This document shows, one piece after another, positions 45,032 to 53,806 of a stretch of 64,000 nt of DNA. The stretch's first letter is position 1. Every line of letters begins with the position of its first letter. A program made the position numbers and the translations under genes. Where the stretch lies: IMG/VR virus record IMGVR_UViG_3300045999_002371, positions 12,312 to 76,311 of that record. The stretch is one strand, 5' to 3'. Origin of the DNA: a virus. The notes under the pieces were generated by a model. The model was given only the letters and a program-made list of their open reading frames with translations, did not search any database and was not told the DNA's origin.

Positions 45032-45147
45032 TTCTTGTCCTTTGAACTCTTCTTGATGTCTTTCTTCTTGATCTTGCCTTTATGAGGACCTTTACCGTAC
45101 TTTGGATGGGTCTTGTCTTTCTGTCCACAGCCGCATGTAGCGCACAT
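45028..45147 (-). CDS. 39-aa Lys-rich microprotein with N-terminal CxxCGC motif (not in ORF track)
   Basis: MCATCGCGQKDKTHPKYGKGPHKGKIKKKDIKKSSKDKK. Confidence 0.7.
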   Translation of the reverse strand: MCATCGCGQKDKTHPKYGKGPHKGKIKKKDIKKSSKDKK

Positions 45148-45149
45148 AG

Positions 45150-45311
45150 TTACTTGCCTTTCGATTGTTTTGAGGCCCACATGTTGTCAACGAGATTTGG
45201 GTAAGGACGACCAGCCTTTGCTGCTCGTGCCTTTGCCGCACTCTTTGCTGATGATGACAACGGTGTAGACTTCTTCTTTGGGTTTTTGGTATTCCAAACT
45301 TCTTTAGCCAT
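45150..45311 (-). CDS. 53-aa basic microprotein (not in ORF track)
   Basis: MAKEVWNTKNPKKKSTPLSSSAKSAAKARAAKAGRPYPNLVDNMWASKQSKGK; TAATG overlap. Confidence 0.75.
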   Translation of the reverse strand: MAKEVWNTKNPKKKSTPLSSSAKSAAKARAAKAGRPYPNLVDNMWASKQSKGK

Positions 45312-45574
45312 TAGCAATCCCACTTTCTTAATGCTAGAGCCTTGCGTGTTGGCTTGCCGTTCTTCTCCATAGGACCTTCCATTCCGCCCATGCGTGCACA
45401 GAATGACTTACGTCGTGCTGCAGACTTAGGAGACTTCTTTGCTTGCTTTGCAGATACTGGAGGTTTTAAATCTGAACCAGGGTTTGCCTTTTCGTAGGAC
45501 TTACGTCCCTTCTCGTTAAGACCGCCCTTTGAATTCTTACCTTCTTTGCGTTGCCATGCCTCTGACTTAGCCAT
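45311..45574 (-). CDS. small basic phage protein (DUF6321-like)
   Basis: AWQRKEGK...GGLN.KGR, RRKSFCARM.GM, ALRKW.C. Confidence 0.75.
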   Translation of the reverse strand: MAKSEAWQRKEGKNSKGGLNEKGRKSYEKANPGSDLKPPVSAKQAKKSPKSAARRKSFCARMGGMEGPMEKNGKPTRKALALRKWDC

Positions 45575-45794
45575 TCTTCTTATGCCAATCTTTAGTCGCC
45601 TTTACTCCTTGGGCAATTGTCTTTGCCCCAGCCTTCTTTGTCAGGTTTATCTTGTCGTATGCTCCACCTCGTTTTGCGTGGTCTACGATTACATCACCCT
45701 GCTTGTTCTTCTTGATGGTGTGCACTTCACGGGCTGGCTTACCAGGTACTTTGATGCCAATTTTTATTGGTTTTTCTACTTTTTTCTCAGGCAT
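45567..45794 (-). CDS. small basic hypothetical protein
   Basis: 75-aa Lys-rich ORF coupled to neighbours. Confidence 0.7.
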   Translation of the reverse strand: MPEKKVEKPIKIGIKVPGKPAREVHTIKKNKQGDVIVDHAKRGGAYDKINLTKKAGAKTIAQGVKATKDWHKKNG

Positions 45795-45928
45795 TACTTT
45801 CTCCTAAATAATTTTGATAAAAGTACAAAAAGTTTATTCTCTAAGTTTCCTTCAGGAGTTTCACCGTAATGGTGCCAAGAGTAGTGCTTACGATCTTGCA
45901 TAGCCTTTGAAAAGTATCTACGAGGCAT
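45794..45928 (-). CDS. 44-aa microprotein (not in ORF track)
   Basis: MPRRYFSKAMQDRKHYSWHHYGETPEGNLENKLFVLLSKLFRRK; TAATG overlaps at both ends. Confidence 0.6.
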   Translation of the reverse strand: MPRRYFSKAMQDRKHYSWHHYGETPEGNLENKLFVLLSKLFRRK

Positions 45929-46086
45929 TACTTCTTCTTCTTTTTGGCCATGCCTGCTTCGCTCATTGCAATAGCGACAGCCTGCTTCTTTGACTTTACT
46001 ACTGGACCCTTTTTAGATCCGCTATGAAGTTTGCCTTCTTTATACTCTTTCATAACTTTTTCTACTTTACCTTTTTTAACCGCCAT
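45928..46086 (-). CDS. 52-aa Lys-rich microprotein (DUF6496-like; not in ORF track)
   Basis: MAVKKGKVEKVMKEYKEGKLHSGSKKGPVVKSKKQAVAIAMSEAGMAKKKKK; GGAGG RBS. Confidence 0.8.
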   Translation of the reverse strand: MAVKKGKVEKVMKEYKEGKLHSGSKKGPVVKSKKQAVAIAMSEAGMAKKKKK

Positions 46087-46208
46087 TAACTATCCTCCCA
46101 ATCAAGGTCTTCCTCGTCTAAGGCGTGCTTGTCATAGTCGAGGTCATCCAAGTCTACCTCTTCATCCTCAAAGAGCGAAGGGTCTAACTCTGTCTCAAAG
46201 TCATCCAT
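46086..46208 (-). CDS. 40-aa hyperacidic microprotein (not in ORF track)
   Basis: MDDFETELDPSLFEDEEVDLDDLDYDKHALDEEDLDWEDS (21 of 40 residues D/E); AGGGAG RBS. Confidence 0.7.
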   Translation of the reverse strand: MDDFETELDPSLFEDEEVDLDDLDYDKHALDEEDLDWEDS

Positions 46209-46229
46209 GATCTCTCCCTATCTTTCGTA

Positions 46230-47456
46230 CTAGCCTAAGAACACCACTGCAGACAACCAAGCAGAAGCCTCATGTGGAATAACTCCTCCACTAGTGCCGA
46301 TGGTTATGTACGAAGCATCAGATGTTCCATATTTCTGCACTAACACCACATGATCTACTGACGGTCTGTAACCTGTAGGTAGAGTAAAAGCCACAGTCTC
46401 ACCTGTTCCTCCACTTACGTTTCCACGTAAGAACACTACGTCGTTTAATTTACGGTAGGCAACATTGTTTCCAACAAAACTATTATCAAAAGAATTTACT
46501 GAAACCCAACCACTGTCAGATACGGCAGCCTCAGCACCCTGAACCCCCTGTGTACCTTGTGTCCCTGTAGTTCCTTGGGCGCCATCTGTACCTTGTGTGC
46601 CTTGAGTTCCCTCTCCAGTTGCTCCTTGGGTTCCTTCAGCGCCTTGAGAACCGCTTGTACCCTGCGTACCTTCTGTACCCTGAGTACCAGCGCCCGTTGC
46701 TCCTTGAGAACCAACTGCACCCTGTGTTCCAAGTGTTCCTTGAGCACCATTTGCTCCTTGTGTACCTTGAGTTCCTGCACCAGTTGCTCCTTGAGTACCA
46801 AGTGTTCCTTGAGAACCAGTGGCTCCTTGAACTCCTTGAACAGAAGCGCCCTGAGTACCTTGAGTTCCTTGAGCCTGTGCAAATCCTGCACCAGCAGTTC
46901 CTTGCGTTCCTTGCACACCACGGTTTCCTTGTACGCCTTGAGTTCCCTGTGCTCCTACATCTCCGTCTACACCTTTTGTACCTTGTGAGCCTTGTGTGCC
47001 TTGGGCTCCAAGACGCCCCTGTGCTCCTTGTGCTCCTTCAGTACCACGAGAACCTTGCACACCTTGAGTACCTTGAGCACCATCTACCGCAGCAGTCCCT
47101 TGTGCACCACGAGTTCCTTGTGCACCACTTGATCCTGCTGAACCTTGAACACCTTGCGAACCGCGAGTTCCTTGTGTACCTTGCGTTCCGTTATCGCCAT
47201 CAACACCTTGTGCACCAGCACGACCCTGCACACCTTGCGTGCCGTTAGTTCCGTTAGAGCCACCAGTACCTTGGGCACCAGTTGCACCACGAGATCCTTG
47301 AACTCCAGTACGACCCTGTACGCCCTGCGTGCCTTGTGATCCTTCAAGACCGTCATTGGTCTCGATGCTCTGAACACGGCTGTTGAGATCTTGTAGAGAT
47401 GCATTGAGAGTTGTATCCCAATTTGCTTGGCCCCTAGTAGGTAGAGTGAATGTCAT
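46230..47456 (-). CDS. collagen-like fibre protein with C-terminal receptor-binding-type domain
   Basis: LP..GQ..W...LN N-terminus, long G-x-Q triplet run, C-terminal DSGW...YRK...V.LRG...FTLP.GYRP. Confidence 0.8.
   Translation of the reverse strand: MTFTLPTRGQANWDTTLNASLQDLNSRVQSIETNDGLEGSQGTQGVQGRTGVQGSRGATGAQGTGGSNGTNGTQGVQGRAGAQGVDGDNGTQGTQGTRGSQGVQGSAGSSGAQGTRGAQGTAAVDGAQGTQGVQGSRGTEGAQGAQGRLGAQGTQGSQGTKGVDGDVGAQGTQGVQGNRGVQGTQGTAGAGFAQAQGTQGTQGASVQGVQGATGSQGTLGTQGATGAGTQGTQGANGAQGTLGTQGAVGSQGATGAGTQGTEGTQGTSGSQGAEGTQGATGEGTQGTQGTDGAQGTTGTQGTQGVQGAEAAVSDSGWVSVNSFDNSFVGNNVAYRKLNDVVFLRGNVSGGTGETVAFTLPTGYRPSVDHVVLVQKYGTSDASYITIGTSGGVIPHEASAWLSAVVFLG
46530..47340 (-). repeat. 9-nt periodic coding repeat (G-x-Q collagen triplets)
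   Basis: Recurrent ccttg/ccctg every 9 nt on the plus strand. Confidence 0.85.
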
Positions 47457-47471
47457 GAGAGATTACCTTTC

Positions 47472-48077
47472 TTACGAGCCATACTCACCAGTGCCATAAC
47501 CATCAAACCCATAGTTATTATTGGTGTTGATAGTTGCAGCAGTCTGGTATGGGATTGATTGAAATTGCGGATCATTAACGAGTTCTTCAGCATTGACCTG
47601 ATTGCAATCGATAGTGACGACTGAATAGCGCTCTTTGTAGAGACCACGAGGAAGGACACGGGTAGGAACGAACACGGTGTCATGAAATACGACACGGTCT
47701 TTAATGTGTAACGCTGGATCTGTGATCATTGCTGGAAGAAGTCTATTGATATCTGCTACAGCAACTACTAAGCGCAATGTATCCGTGGTGTAGTAACCGC
47801 GCTCATTCATGATGTTAGTGCCACGAAGTTGTTGGGCCATAATTACAGGGAGTTTGAATGGCTCAGTCCAGCGGCGACCCTTACCCTCTTCCTGGTTAGA
47901 GACGTCGTAGATGGGATCAACAAAGATGTCGTAATCTGCAGCCAGGGCTTCGGCATCCCAGAGCCACCAGTCCACCTCAGTACCTACGGGGTCACGAAGT
48001 TCGTCAACGATGCCTTCATCCATTGACATAGTTTCGTAGTCGATCTTAAACCGACCCTGCACCTTGTTACCACGCAT
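47472..48077 (-). CDS. head closure / neck protein (T4 gp14-like position)
   Basis: DPIYDV.....GRRW..P, DR.VF....F; likely leaderless start MRGNK at 48077. Confidence 0.5.
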   Translation of the reverse strand: MRGNKVQGRFKIDYETMSMDEGIVDELRDPVGTEVDWWLWDAEALAADYDIFVDPIYDVSNQEEGKGRRWTEPFKLPVIMAQQLRGTNIMNERGYYTTDTLRLVVAVADINRLLPAMITDPALHIKDRVVFHDTVFVPTRVLPRGLYKERYSVVTIDCNQVNAEELVNDPQFQSIPYQTAATINTNNNYGFDGYGTGEYGS

Positions 48078-48183
48078 AGTAAGATTATCTCTTATCAAAC
48101 ATAAAACTGTACCCTATACCCTTTACCATAGTGTATAGTTTGATAGTCCAAGACTTTAGAGACAATGGCAGGAGTTTATTATT

Positions 48184-48357
48184 ATGGCAGTTTATACAGT
48201 GGGTTTTTGGGCCCTTACTCTTACGGGCACTAAAGGTGACAAAATTAACTCTTTTTCAGGAGAGTTTGAGTCTGAACTGGAAGCATTGGAAAGTCTGAAT
48301 GATGCCTTCCGTGAAGAGTATGATGGCAACTTTATAAGTGAGATTGAAGTACTCTAA
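48184..48357 (+). CDS. 57-aa acidic hypothetical protein (not in ORF track)
   Basis: MAVYTVGFWALTLTG...ISEIEVL with AGGAG RBS. Confidence 0.55.
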   Translation: MAVYTVGFWALTLTGTKGDKINSFSGEFESELEALESLNDAFREEYDGNFISEIEVL

Positions 48358-48380
48358 CCAGTCACTAGGGGGCAGCAGTA

Positions 48381-49106
48381 GTGCGTGTATTTAGAAGTAA
48401 AACTTTTTTTGTTCGACCTGACGTAGGAGTACCTGAGGCGTACCCAGTTGTTTCTTCGTACAAGGTTATCCCAGAATGGTTTAAACGTCTTTCTCCATAC
48501 ATGGCTATTGGTGGGGGCAGTGTTCTCACTAGGGGATTGCAATTAGGAGGTGGGGGGCCAAACCTCACAGTAAAGAAGTGTGTCCCATTTTTAGACGCAC
48601 TCAGTACTGGTTACATGATCTGTGCTAATGCGGATGTTCAAGTTGTTATTGAGAACGGGGAACAGCAGTTTAAGTGGACAGCCTTCAGTACTTTTGTTAC
48701 TTCTCATATCCCTGGTCAACTTGGAGAGTTCACAGTCCCTGAAACCTATAGTAAACAACCTTGGAAATGGATGAACCCGTGGTTTGTTCAAACTCCTCCA
48801 GGATATAGTTGCTTGATAACTCACCCCCTAAATAGACCTGATCTTCCTTTTTACACTTTTAGTGGAGTTATTGACACAGACAGCCATGATATAAACATTA
48901 ATCTTCCTTTTATTTTAAAAAAAGATTGGGAAGGAATAATTGAAAGGGGAACTCCACTTGCACAAGTTTTTCCTTTTAAGAGAGATGACTGGAAATTAGA
49001 GACTGGGTTAGCCTACGAACATGACAGACATTTACGAGTTCATAAAACGACTATTCACTCTCGCTATAAGAAGTTATTTTGGTCAAAAAAGGTTTACTCT
49101 AGTTAA
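48381..49106 (+). CDS. conserved phage protein (DUF6065-like)
   Basis: IPEWFK, TVKKC.PFLDA...GY, KW.NPW..QTPPGYS.L.THP.NR.DLPF....GVIDTD, I..GTPLAQV.PFKR..W. Confidence 0.7.
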   Translation: MRVFRSKTFFVRPDVGVPEAYPVVSSYKVIPEWFKRLSPYMAIGGGSVLTRGLQLGGGGPNLTVKKCVPFLDALSTGYMICANADVQVVIENGEQQFKWTAFSTFVTSHIPGQLGEFTVPETYSKQPWKWMNPWFVQTPPGYSCLITHPLNRPDLPFYTFSGVIDTDSHDININLPFILKKDWEGIIERGTPLAQVFPFKRDDWKLETGLAYEHDRHLRVHKTTIHSRYKKLFWSKKVYSS

Positions 49107-49860
49107 ACGCTTTTCTAGTCCATGCGTTCCTTTTGTACCAACCATGTAAAGTGCTTCGTGCTTTTTGACGTGAACGAGCGCTCTCTTCATATAGGTTCGG
49201 GTTTAATTCTGCTTTCCACTCTTCTCTCTTAAAGGGGAAAACCTGCGCTATTGGAGTCCCTGCAGGGATTACTCCATAAAAATCTTTTTTAATAAAAACA
49301 GGGAAATTTCCACCACTTGTAAACTTGTCATTATCTATAACCCCTGTAACGGTTACGAATGGCAAATCAAATCTGTTTATAGGGTGGGTGTACAAAGCGC
49401 TATATCCTGCGGGTAGTTTGACTGCCCACGGAACTCTCCACGCCAAGTGTGTGTCGGCACACCCCATGGGTATAGGAAGTGTTGGGTTTAGATTTTGATC
49501 TCGAACTTCTACAGGCGCTAACGTTCCTGTCCAACTTAACTTAGATTTGGTTTCTTCTTCTGGGTCAACAGTTATCCAGATGTCTGTCCAAAGCGTAATG
49601 GTGTACCCCAAAGTAATTCCGTCAAAAAATGAAATACAACTTTTGAATCCTAAATCTGGAAGAAAGGACTCTTTTCTGGGGTCAAAACGATTGCTCGTAC
49701 GAAAAAAAGTAGCGTCTTTATACCAATCAGGAAGAAAGTTTTTTGCAGGAGAGGGAGGATCTAGTTGTGACAACTCTAGGCGTTGATCAGATAAAGTAGC
49801 ACCTGTAGCACAAAACTCAATCTTTTTTGTAGAGGAGTTTTGCTTCAAGAAGTTTTTCAT
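49099..49860 (-). CDS. paralog of 48381..49106 (DUF6065-like)
   Basis: LPDWYK, KSC..F.D....GY, PW...LP.GYS.L.THP.NR.DLPF....GVID.D, GTPIAQV.PFKR..W. Confidence 0.7.
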   Translation of the reverse strand: MKNFLKQNSSTKKIEFCATGATLSDQRLELSQLDPPSPAKNFLPDWYKDATFFRTSNRFDPRKESFLPDLGFKSCISFFDGITLGYTITLWTDIWITVDPEEETKSKLSWTGTLAPVEVRDQNLNPTLPIPMGCADTHLAWRVPWAVKLPAGYSALYTHPINRFDLPFVTVTGVIDNDKFTSGGNFPVFIKKDFYGVIPAGTPIAQVFPFKREEWKAELNPNLYEESARSRQKARSTLHGWYKRNAWTRKAFN

Positions 49861-50650
49861 CTATTCTCCAGTTTGTATAGGTTACCTTGTTATTGGGGTC
49901 TTTCAGAACCGTTTCATACGCCTGTAAAAACAACAGATCGCCTTCTTCTGGAGTAGATACTATGCTCTCTGTTATAGGGATGTCAACACCGTAGGTCTCT
50001 TGTAACTTTGTCAGAGTGTCAACACTCAACACATTTTTCCAAAAACCTGTATACCCATTACCCATAGGAGTTAATGCTTTTTTTACAGTTTTTTCTTTTT
50101 CTTCTAGTTCCACTGGGGTTCCTACTAGCCTAGTCAATAAAGCAAGTTCTTTACTCCTCGTTTCAGCGTCCTTAGAGGTTAGTGCGTCGTAGTTAACCAC
50201 AGGAAAATGTTTTTTCCACAAATTAAAGTTGTAGTAAAAAAAGAAAAAAGACTTTACTTGTAAAGAAGCAACAAATTCTGAAGAATTTATAGGTACATCT
50301 ACCTTGTCGAAAGCAGCGTAAGAAAGTAAGTTGTCAAGTAGATTACGCTCTACAACAAGGGTAGTGACTCCTTTTTCTGCCAGTAGAGTAGAGTGTAGAG
50401 AAGAAATCCCTTCTTCAGGCACTACTTTTCCGTCTTGTAGTCCAACAAAAGGTGCATTGTAAAAAGGGTGAGCGCCCACAACGTACTCAGAATAACGTGT
50501 AGGAAGAGGTGTGCTCCCCAACGAATACGGCAAGTAATATGGGAGGGCTAAACTTTTAGCAATACTTCGTACTACTAAGTGTGTTCCTGATCTAGGTATA
50601 GTTAGAACCACTATCTTAGTGGCTGGTTGCTCCATGTTATTGCTCCTCAT
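49817..50650 (-). CDS. PAPS-dependent sulfotransferase
   Basis: 5'-PSB loop TIPRSGTH, 3'-PB ERNLLDNLLS, C-terminal GYTGFWKN matching the GxxGxWK motif. Confidence 0.78.
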   Translation of the reverse strand: MRSNNMEQPATKIVVLTIPRSGTHLVVRSIAKSLALPYYLPYSLGSTPLPTRYSEYVVGAHPFYNAPFVGLQDGKVVPEEGISSLHSTLLAEKGVTTLVVERNLLDNLLSYAAFDKVDVPINSSEFVASLQVKSFFFFYYNFNLWKKHFPVVNYDALTSKDAETRSKELALLTRLVGTPVELEEKEKTVKKALTPMGNGYTGFWKNVLSVDTLTKLQETYGVDIPITESIVSTPEEGDLLFLQAYETVLKDPNNKVTYTNWRIDEKLLEAKLLYKKD

Positions 50651-50662
50651 TACTCCTAATGA

Positions 50663-50953
50663 TTAGGGAAGTTCAGTTGGGTATGGTTCAATAGGGACGA
50701 TCCAAGTTAACAGGATCTCATCCCAACCTAAAGAATCTTCTGGTTCTGGTCTTCGAAATATCTCACCAAAAAAGTCACCACCTATGAAAGCATGCCCAGT
50801 CTCCTCTGTCTGTAAAACCACAGAGTCTGCGGCCTCACTTTCCAGGAACACGTGCTTAAGTTCTACAGGTAGTGGTTCTTTAAAGTACAAGACATTCTTA
50901 ACAAAGTTATTCTCATCTAAAAAAGCGTAGTAATACTCATCATTAGTTACCAT
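50663..50953 (-). CDS. small acidic fibre-associated protein (possible assembly chaperone)
   Basis: YAFLDENN.V.NV, A.IGG....F..P.P....W....W; follows a glycine-rich fibre gene. Confidence 0.55.
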   Translation of the reverse strand: MVTNDEYYYAFLDENNFVKNVLYFKEPLPVELKHVFLESEAADSVVLQTEETGHAFIGGDFFGEIFRRPEPEDSLGWDEILLTWIVPIEPYPTELP

Positions 50954-52404
50954 GATATGTACACACTTCCGTTATTTCCAGCCGTTGCGGCAACTCTAGG
51001 AGCAGAGGGGCCTTGACCTGAGCCATAACCACCATTACCACCATTAGGTCCCCCACCTGGAGCAGTTGCAGGGCTGAAGTTGTTTGCAGCAGTAGATCCT
51101 GGAGGCGCTCCGCCACCACCTGCTCCGTTACCGAATGCACCAGTTGCACCAGCACCACCGCCACCGCCACTAGTTAATGGGGTTCCGTTGATTCCTGTAG
51201 TGCCTCCCGAACCTCCAGGAGTTGAATTAGGAGCAAAAGAGCCATAACCTGCGGCTGAACCGCCACCGCCACCTCCACCAACGCTTAGGCTGATGCTAGT
51301 GTTCTGTGGGACAGACTGAGTAGAACTGCCTGTGTATCCAGCACCGCCACCTCCACCTGCGCCTGGCCATGAGTTAGAAGATGGCTTTCCAGATCCTCCA
51401 CCGCCACCTCCTCCTCCACGGTTAGAGTAGGAGACCGTCGTTACTCCTAGAGGAATAAAGGCTGTAGTTGTAGATGCAGCAAAAGCAGAGCCTGATGCAT
51501 AAGGCACCATTGCGTTACTTGTTCCAGAGGTAGCAGATGTTCCATTAGCGTTTACCGCAACAACAGTTCCTGTAAAACTTGTAGTTGTAGTTAGCCCTGA
51601 GAAGGACACTGTTCCTGACCCCGTGTTAGTGGCATTTCCACCATTTGCATAACCTGTGTAAGTGCTAATCGCTTTACCGCCAGTAGCACCTGCTGTAAAG
51701 GTAAGGTTTGCAGTTCCTGACCCTGTTCGTGAGAAAGTACCGATTGTAGGTGCTTGAGGAACTGTGGTTGCAGTAATGGCGTCAGAAGCAGTGGATGCAA
51801 TCGAAGTTCCAATACTGTTAGTTGCTGTAACTGTAAATGTGTAAGAGGTGTTTGATGCAAGACCTGTTACAGTCAATGGTGAGGAAGCACCAGTTGCAGT
51901 AAAGTTTCCTGGACTTGAAGTCACTGTGTAAGAGGTGATAGTAGCACCATTTGCAGATGGTGGCGAGAAGGACACTGTTGCAGCACCGTTGTTAAACGCA
52001 CGGCTAGTTCCAACGTCAACTGCAGTAGGCTTAGCGACCTGTGAAGGAGCAGCAGCAGAAGCGGTAATTGAATTACTTGTTGCGCTTACTGGAGAACTTG
52101 TTCCACTTGCGTTACTTGCTGTCATTGTAAAGGTGTATGAGGTTCCTGGGATTAGGTCTACAACTGTCAAAGGTGAAGTCGAACCACTAGCCGTAAACCC
52201 ACCAGACGTTGATGCAACCTGGTAAGAGGTAGCAACACCTCCAGTTGCTGCTGGTGTAAACGGGATAGTTGCAACTGTGTATGCAACAGTTACAGTACCA
52301 ATAGTTGGAGAGTCTGGAACATCTTGCTTAAATGTATTTGCCGCTTGAGCAACGGTGTACTTTACTCCCGTTAATCCTGAGGTTAATGCCCTTCTAATTG
52401 CCAT
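50947..52404 (-). CDS. fibronectin type III repeat and glycine-rich domain structural protein
   Basis: Three FN3-like repeats (SPLTV..L...TSYTFT.TA.N..G), C-terminal GGGGG-rich domain. Confidence 0.8.
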   Translation of the reverse strand: MAIRRALTSGLTGVKYTVAQAANTFKQDVPDSPTIGTVTVAYTVATIPFTPAATGGVATSYQVASTSGGFTASGSTSPLTVVDLIPGTSYTFTMTASNASGTSSPVSATSNSITASAAAPSQVAKPTAVDVGTSRAFNNGAATVSFSPPSANGATITSYTVTSSPGNFTATGASSPLTVTGLASNTSYTFTVTATNSIGTSIASTASDAITATTVPQAPTIGTFSRTGSGTANLTFTAGATGGKAISTYTGYANGGNATNTGSGTVSFSGLTTTTSFTGTVVAVNANGTSATSGTSNAMVPYASGSAFAASTTTAFIPLGVTTVSYSNRGGGGGGGGSGKPSSNSWPGAGGGGGAGYTGSSTQSVPQNTSISLSVGGGGGGGSAAGYGSFAPNSTPGGSGGTTGINGTPLTSGGGGGAGATGAFGNGAGGGGAPPGSTAANNFSPATAPGGGPNGGNGGYGSGQGPSAPRVAATAGNNGSVYISW

Positions 52405-52733
52405 TAAGCGATCTCACTTCCGAATGCTGAGATTGATAGGTTTGCTGTTGAAGTGTATACCGAGATCACATCGGTTGCTGCAAGTGTGATTCCGAGAGTC
52501 AGTAGCGTGGAGTCGTTAGCAGCAACAGTTGCCCCATAAACAAGGTAGTGCTTTGCTTCTGCAGTTGCACCTGCTGGTCTAACAGCAATTCTGTAGGTAG
52601 CACTTGTCGCAGCCTGGTTGCAGATTGCGATAGTGGAAACCACAGCCTCAGTTGCTGAAGGCACTGTGTAAAGTGTGGTAAGAGTAGTTGCTGAAGGGTT
52701 TGATTGCCCTAGCACCTTATATGTCGTTGCCAT
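52404..52733 (-). CDS. small virion structural protein
   Basis: YKVLGQ..P.ATT.T.LYTVP, all-beta composition, FGSEI end; AAGGAG RBS. Confidence 0.65.
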   Translation of the reverse strand: MATTYKVLGQSNPSATTLTTLYTVPSATEAVVSTIAICNQAATSATYRIAVRPAGATAEAKHYLVYGATVAANDSTLLTLGITLAATDVISVYTSTANLSISAFGSEIA

Positions 52734-52792
52734 GAGACTCCTTAAAAGAATAAGTAGGACTAGGTTAACTGGTACATAAAACCTATGTGGGC

Positions 52793-52798
52793 TAAAGT
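52793..52798 (+). promoter_or_regulatory. -10 element of a putative leaderless promoter for the glycan-tailoring operon
   Basis: TAAAGT exactly 6 nt before the ATG at 52805; no SD sequence. Confidence 0.5.
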
Positions 52799-52804
52799 GT
52801 CCCT

Positions 52805-53806
52805 ATGAATTTGGTGCATAAAGCGGTTTCTCAGGGCGGAAAATTAGCGCCCCTTATTTTACCTCATAGCCTTACCTCTGGTATGGGCTTAATGAATCCC
52901 TCAATTTTTATTGACAATGATGGGGATATCCTGGTCAATATCAGGCATGTGAATTACACCTTGTATCACTCAGAGCATGATCAGCGGTTCTTTAGCCCTT
53001 GGGGTCCCTTGTCCTACCTACACCCTGAAAGAGACCAACGACTAGTTACGACCAACTACCTCTGCCGTCTTGATAAGGACCTCAACATCATCAACTACAC
53101 AAAGGTGGATTACTCAGCACTTGACGTCCCACCTATTTGGGAGTTTGTTGGAGAAGAAGACTGCCGCATCACTCAGTGGGATGGAAACTACTACCTGATC
53201 GGTGTTCGTCGTGACACCACACCTAACGGTCAGGGTCGCATGGAGTACTCCAAGATTGAGTTAGACAAAACTAACTGGACAGCCAAAGAGGTGCAGCGAG
53301 TTCGCATACCGCCTCCTATCGATGTGAACTCATACTGCGAAAAGAACTGGATGCCTATCCTTGATAAGCCGTATCACTTTGTGAAGTGGGCTATGCCTAC
53401 TGAGGTTGTTAAGGCTAATCCTGATAAGTCCGAGTGTGAGCAGGTACTGGTAAAACAAACACCTTCTGTTCCTATTGATCAACGTGGTGGTACTAACATT
53501 GTTTCTTGGGGCGATTACTACATCGCATTTACTCACGAAGTAAAGTTGTGGCGTAACTACCTCAACCAGAAAGACTCTATCTATCGTCACCGAATGATCG
53601 TGTGGGACAAGGAGTTTAACTTTGTTGGTCTAACTAAATCGTTTGCATTCTTAGATACGCCAATTGAGTTCTGTGTAGGAGCCGCTGTTCGTAACGGCAA
53701 ACTACTGCTAAGTTTTGGCGTGCAAGATAATGCGGCCTTTGTACTAGAGATACCAAAGAAGGTTGTAAATGGCTTAGTTACGGAGGCGATGGCATATGGG
53801 AATTAA
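52805..53806 (+). CDS. five-bladed beta-propeller glycosidase/phosphorylase-like protein (GH130-like)
   Basis: NPSI, GEEDCRI, EKNWMP, RGG, IEFC.G, SFG.QD. Confidence 0.65.
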   Translation: MNLVHKAVSQGGKLAPLILPHSLTSGMGLMNPSIFIDNDGDILVNIRHVNYTLYHSEHDQRFFSPWGPLSYLHPERDQRLVTTNYLCRLDKDLNIINYTKVDYSALDVPPIWEFVGEEDCRITQWDGNYYLIGVRRDTTPNGQGRMEYSKIELDKTNWTAKEVQRVRIPPPIDVNSYCEKNWMPILDKPYHFVKWAMPTEVVKANPDKSECEQVLVKQTPSVPIDQRGGTNIVSWGDYYIAFTHEVKLWRNYLNQKDSIYRHRMIVWDKEFNFVGLTKSFAFLDTPIEFCVGAAVRNGKLLLSFGVQDNAAFVLEIPKKVVNGLVTEAMAYGN

